A stretch of DNA of 59,653 nucleotides, taken from NCBI GenBank assembly GCA_963737265.1, contig CAVTRY010000025.1, positions 1 through 59,653 of the forward strand, in the 5' to 3' direction. This document shows positions 58,234 to 59,653 of the stretch, one piece after another; positions within the stretch are counted from its first letter, which is position 1; every line of letters starts with the position of its first letter. The notes beneath the pieces were generated by a model. It did not search any database. It was not told the DNA's origin and saw only the letters and a program-made list of their open reading frames with translations. A program made the position numbers and the translations under genes. This stretch comes from an uncultured delta proteobacterium (GTDB taxonomy: Bacteria > Myxococcota_A > Polyangia > Fen-1088).

Positions 58234-58265
58234 GTGGCACTCTGCCACGTGAGACGAAGTGCCAC
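58234..58265. promoter_or_regulatory. Tandem palindrome UAS copy 8
   Basis: GTGGCActcTGCCAC-GT-GAGACGaagTGCCAC. Confidence 0.82.
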
Positions 58266-58454
58266 GTTTCGGAAGCCCACCGTCAGTGGGCAAGGAATGT
58301 TTGCCGGCACTGAGCGTCCCAGGCGAAAATCAGTGGGATGGCAGCAACCATGGACCCGCAACCTCGGGGTGAACGATGAATCGGACCTTGCGCTTTCTGC
58401 TGGCGCTGCTGGCCGGACTTGCGATTCCGGCCCTTGGTCGGCGCCTCCATCCTT

Positions 58455-58535
58455 CAGAGAGGGGGCTTCGCGGCGGATGCGGGCGATGAGCTGAAAACCG
58501 TCGAGGAGAGGCATATCGAGGGCAATGAGCGACTG
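58455..58535 (-). pseudogene. Small receiver-domain remnant
   Basis: LIALDMPLLDGFQLIARIRRE. Confidence 0.45.
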
Positions 58536-58547
58536 GCGAATGGTTGT

Positions 58548-59525
58548 CTAGCGGTGCCCGCCGCCACCGTGGAAACCGCCGCCACCGTGGAAACCGCCAC
58601 CACCGCGGAAACCGCCACCGCCGTGGAAACCGCCGCCGCCGCGGAAACTGCTACCGCCTCCGCGGTAGAAGCTGCCCCCGCGGAGCCCGCCGCCTCCGCG
58701 GTAGAACCCGCCCCCGAGGCCGGCGCCGCGGTGGAACCCGTTGCCGTAGCCGCCGCGCCAACCGCGCCACCCGGCACCCCAGCCGCCGTGGAAACGGCCC
58801 CATTCGTGACGGAAGCCCGGACCCCAGCCCCAGCCGCCCCACCACCACGGTGCGCCCCACCACCAGTCCAGGCCCCAATACCAGTCGGGTCCCCACCACC
58901 AGCCCGGGCCCCATGCATACTCCAGCGCCGGGTCGTAGACCGGCTCGTAGTACACTTGGTCAGCGCTCTGCCCGGCCATCAAATCGAAGTGCGAACGGTT
59001 CGTCACTATCTCGGCGCCGCGATGGACTTGCCAGGTCAAGGTCACGTCGCGGGGGCGCGTGGTCGTGGGCAGGGCATAGTAGATATCCAAGTCGCCCCGG
59101 CCGCCCGTGGGGACCGTTTGGCGGCCTCCCCCCTGGTAACCCTTCGCGTAGGTCGGGTGGACGGGCGGACCGTTGTCGAAGCTCACGGTCGACTGGGTCG
59201 GGTCGACGATCCACGGCTCGGCGTCGTTGTTTTCGACCGCAACGCGCAGATGCAACATCGACTGCGGTTGTCCACCGGGTGCGCTGAGACTCTCCACGCC
59301 AAGGGACATGACATAGCCCTGTCCCTTGGGTGAGTCGGCCGGAATACCGTAGCGCAACACTGGCGGTCCGGCGTTCTGAGAGGATGAAGATGACGACTCA
59401 GCGTAGGCGCCCGGCCCCTCCTGATCCTGATCGTACTCGGCGTATCCGTAGGCACAACCGCTCGATAGCGCGGCCCATGCAAGCAGCGGAAACAGCAACG
59501 ATTGGCGATGATTGATCGATCTCAC
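58548..59525 (-). CDS. Lipoprotein with W/G-rich segment and (GGGGF[H/R]) repeat tail
   Basis: AAGGA before GTG 59525; lipobox SSGC. Confidence 0.8.
   Translation of the reverse strand: MRSINHRQSLLFPLLAWAALSSGCAYGYAEYDQDQEGPGAYAESSSSSSQNAGPPVLRYGIPADSPKGQGYVMSLGVESLSAPGGQPQSMLHLRVAVENNDAEPWIVDPTQSTVSFDNGPPVHPTYAKGYQGGGRQTVPTGGRGDLDIYYALPTTTRPRDVTLTWQVHRGAEIVTNRSHFDLMAGQSADQVYYEPVYDPALEYAWGPGWWWGPDWYWGLDWWWGAPWWWGGWGWGPGFRHEWGRFHGGWGAGWRGWRGGYGNGFHRGAGLGGGFYRGGGGLRGGSFYRGGGSSFRGGGGFHGGGGFRGGGGFHGGGGFHGGGGHR
58557..58647. repeat. 18-bp coding repeat GGGGF(H/R) x5
   Basis: ccgccrccgyggaaa-type units at 18-bp period. Confidence 0.85.
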
Positions 59526-59553
59526 GGCGACAACTTCCTTAACAACTTCTATG

Positions 59554-59569
59554 TGCATCTGCCATGCCC
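59554..59569 (-). promoter_or_regulatory. Sigma54 promoter candidate for the last lipoprotein
   Basis: GGGCATG-GCAG-ATGCA on the minus strand. Confidence 0.55.
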
Positions 59570-59653
59570 ACGAACGCGCTCAACATGCACGTCAAGCCCT
59601 CGTTTCGCAAACAGCTCGCGACGTAGGCTATCTAGCCTTCAATGCTCCGCTCA

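Noticed and set aside
1-59653. tRNA, rRNA, IS/transposase, integrase or prophage genes
   Set aside because: None recognisable by eye; the right-hand island shows no att or direct-repeat boundaries, so it is not called a mobile element.

Overview
High-GC chromosomal window, most likely from a Myxococcota (Polyangia-like) genome. This is inferred from MYXO-CTERM-like tails, Gly/Thr-linked lipoproteins and a GltD/AgmU-like fragment. I found no rRNA, tRNA, CRISPR array or intact transposase/integrase. 1-20 kb: mostly housekeeping and stress genes (ahpC-oxyR with an OxyR box overlapping the oxyR stop codon, a CdaA-YbbR fusion, phospholipase C, qor, GT39, GH30, B12 radical SAM, rlmN) plus relics of a polysaccharide cluster. 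20-39.5 kb: surface-anchored proteins, namely a beta-propeller lipoprotein, a PL9/GH43_24/GH2/GH79 CAZyme cluster and a 13x Big_2 adhesin. 39.7-59.6 kb holds the main finding, an apparently undescribed sigma54 regulon island. Eight copies of a tandem 15-bp palindrome pair (GWGRCR-N3-TGYCWC, 2-bp spacer) lie at helically phased distances from GG-N10-GC promoters. These promoters drive an M16 protease, three paralogous receiver proteins, a ZorAB/MotAB-like motor module without Zorya effectors or flagellar genes, and coiled-coil lipoproteins. A ClC-CBS transporter and a lone GspC lie within the island. The presumed cognate histidine kinase and enhancer-binding protein are present only as deletion scars, and several other genes in the island are pseudogenes. 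All family assignments come from motif recognition by eye; no searches were run.
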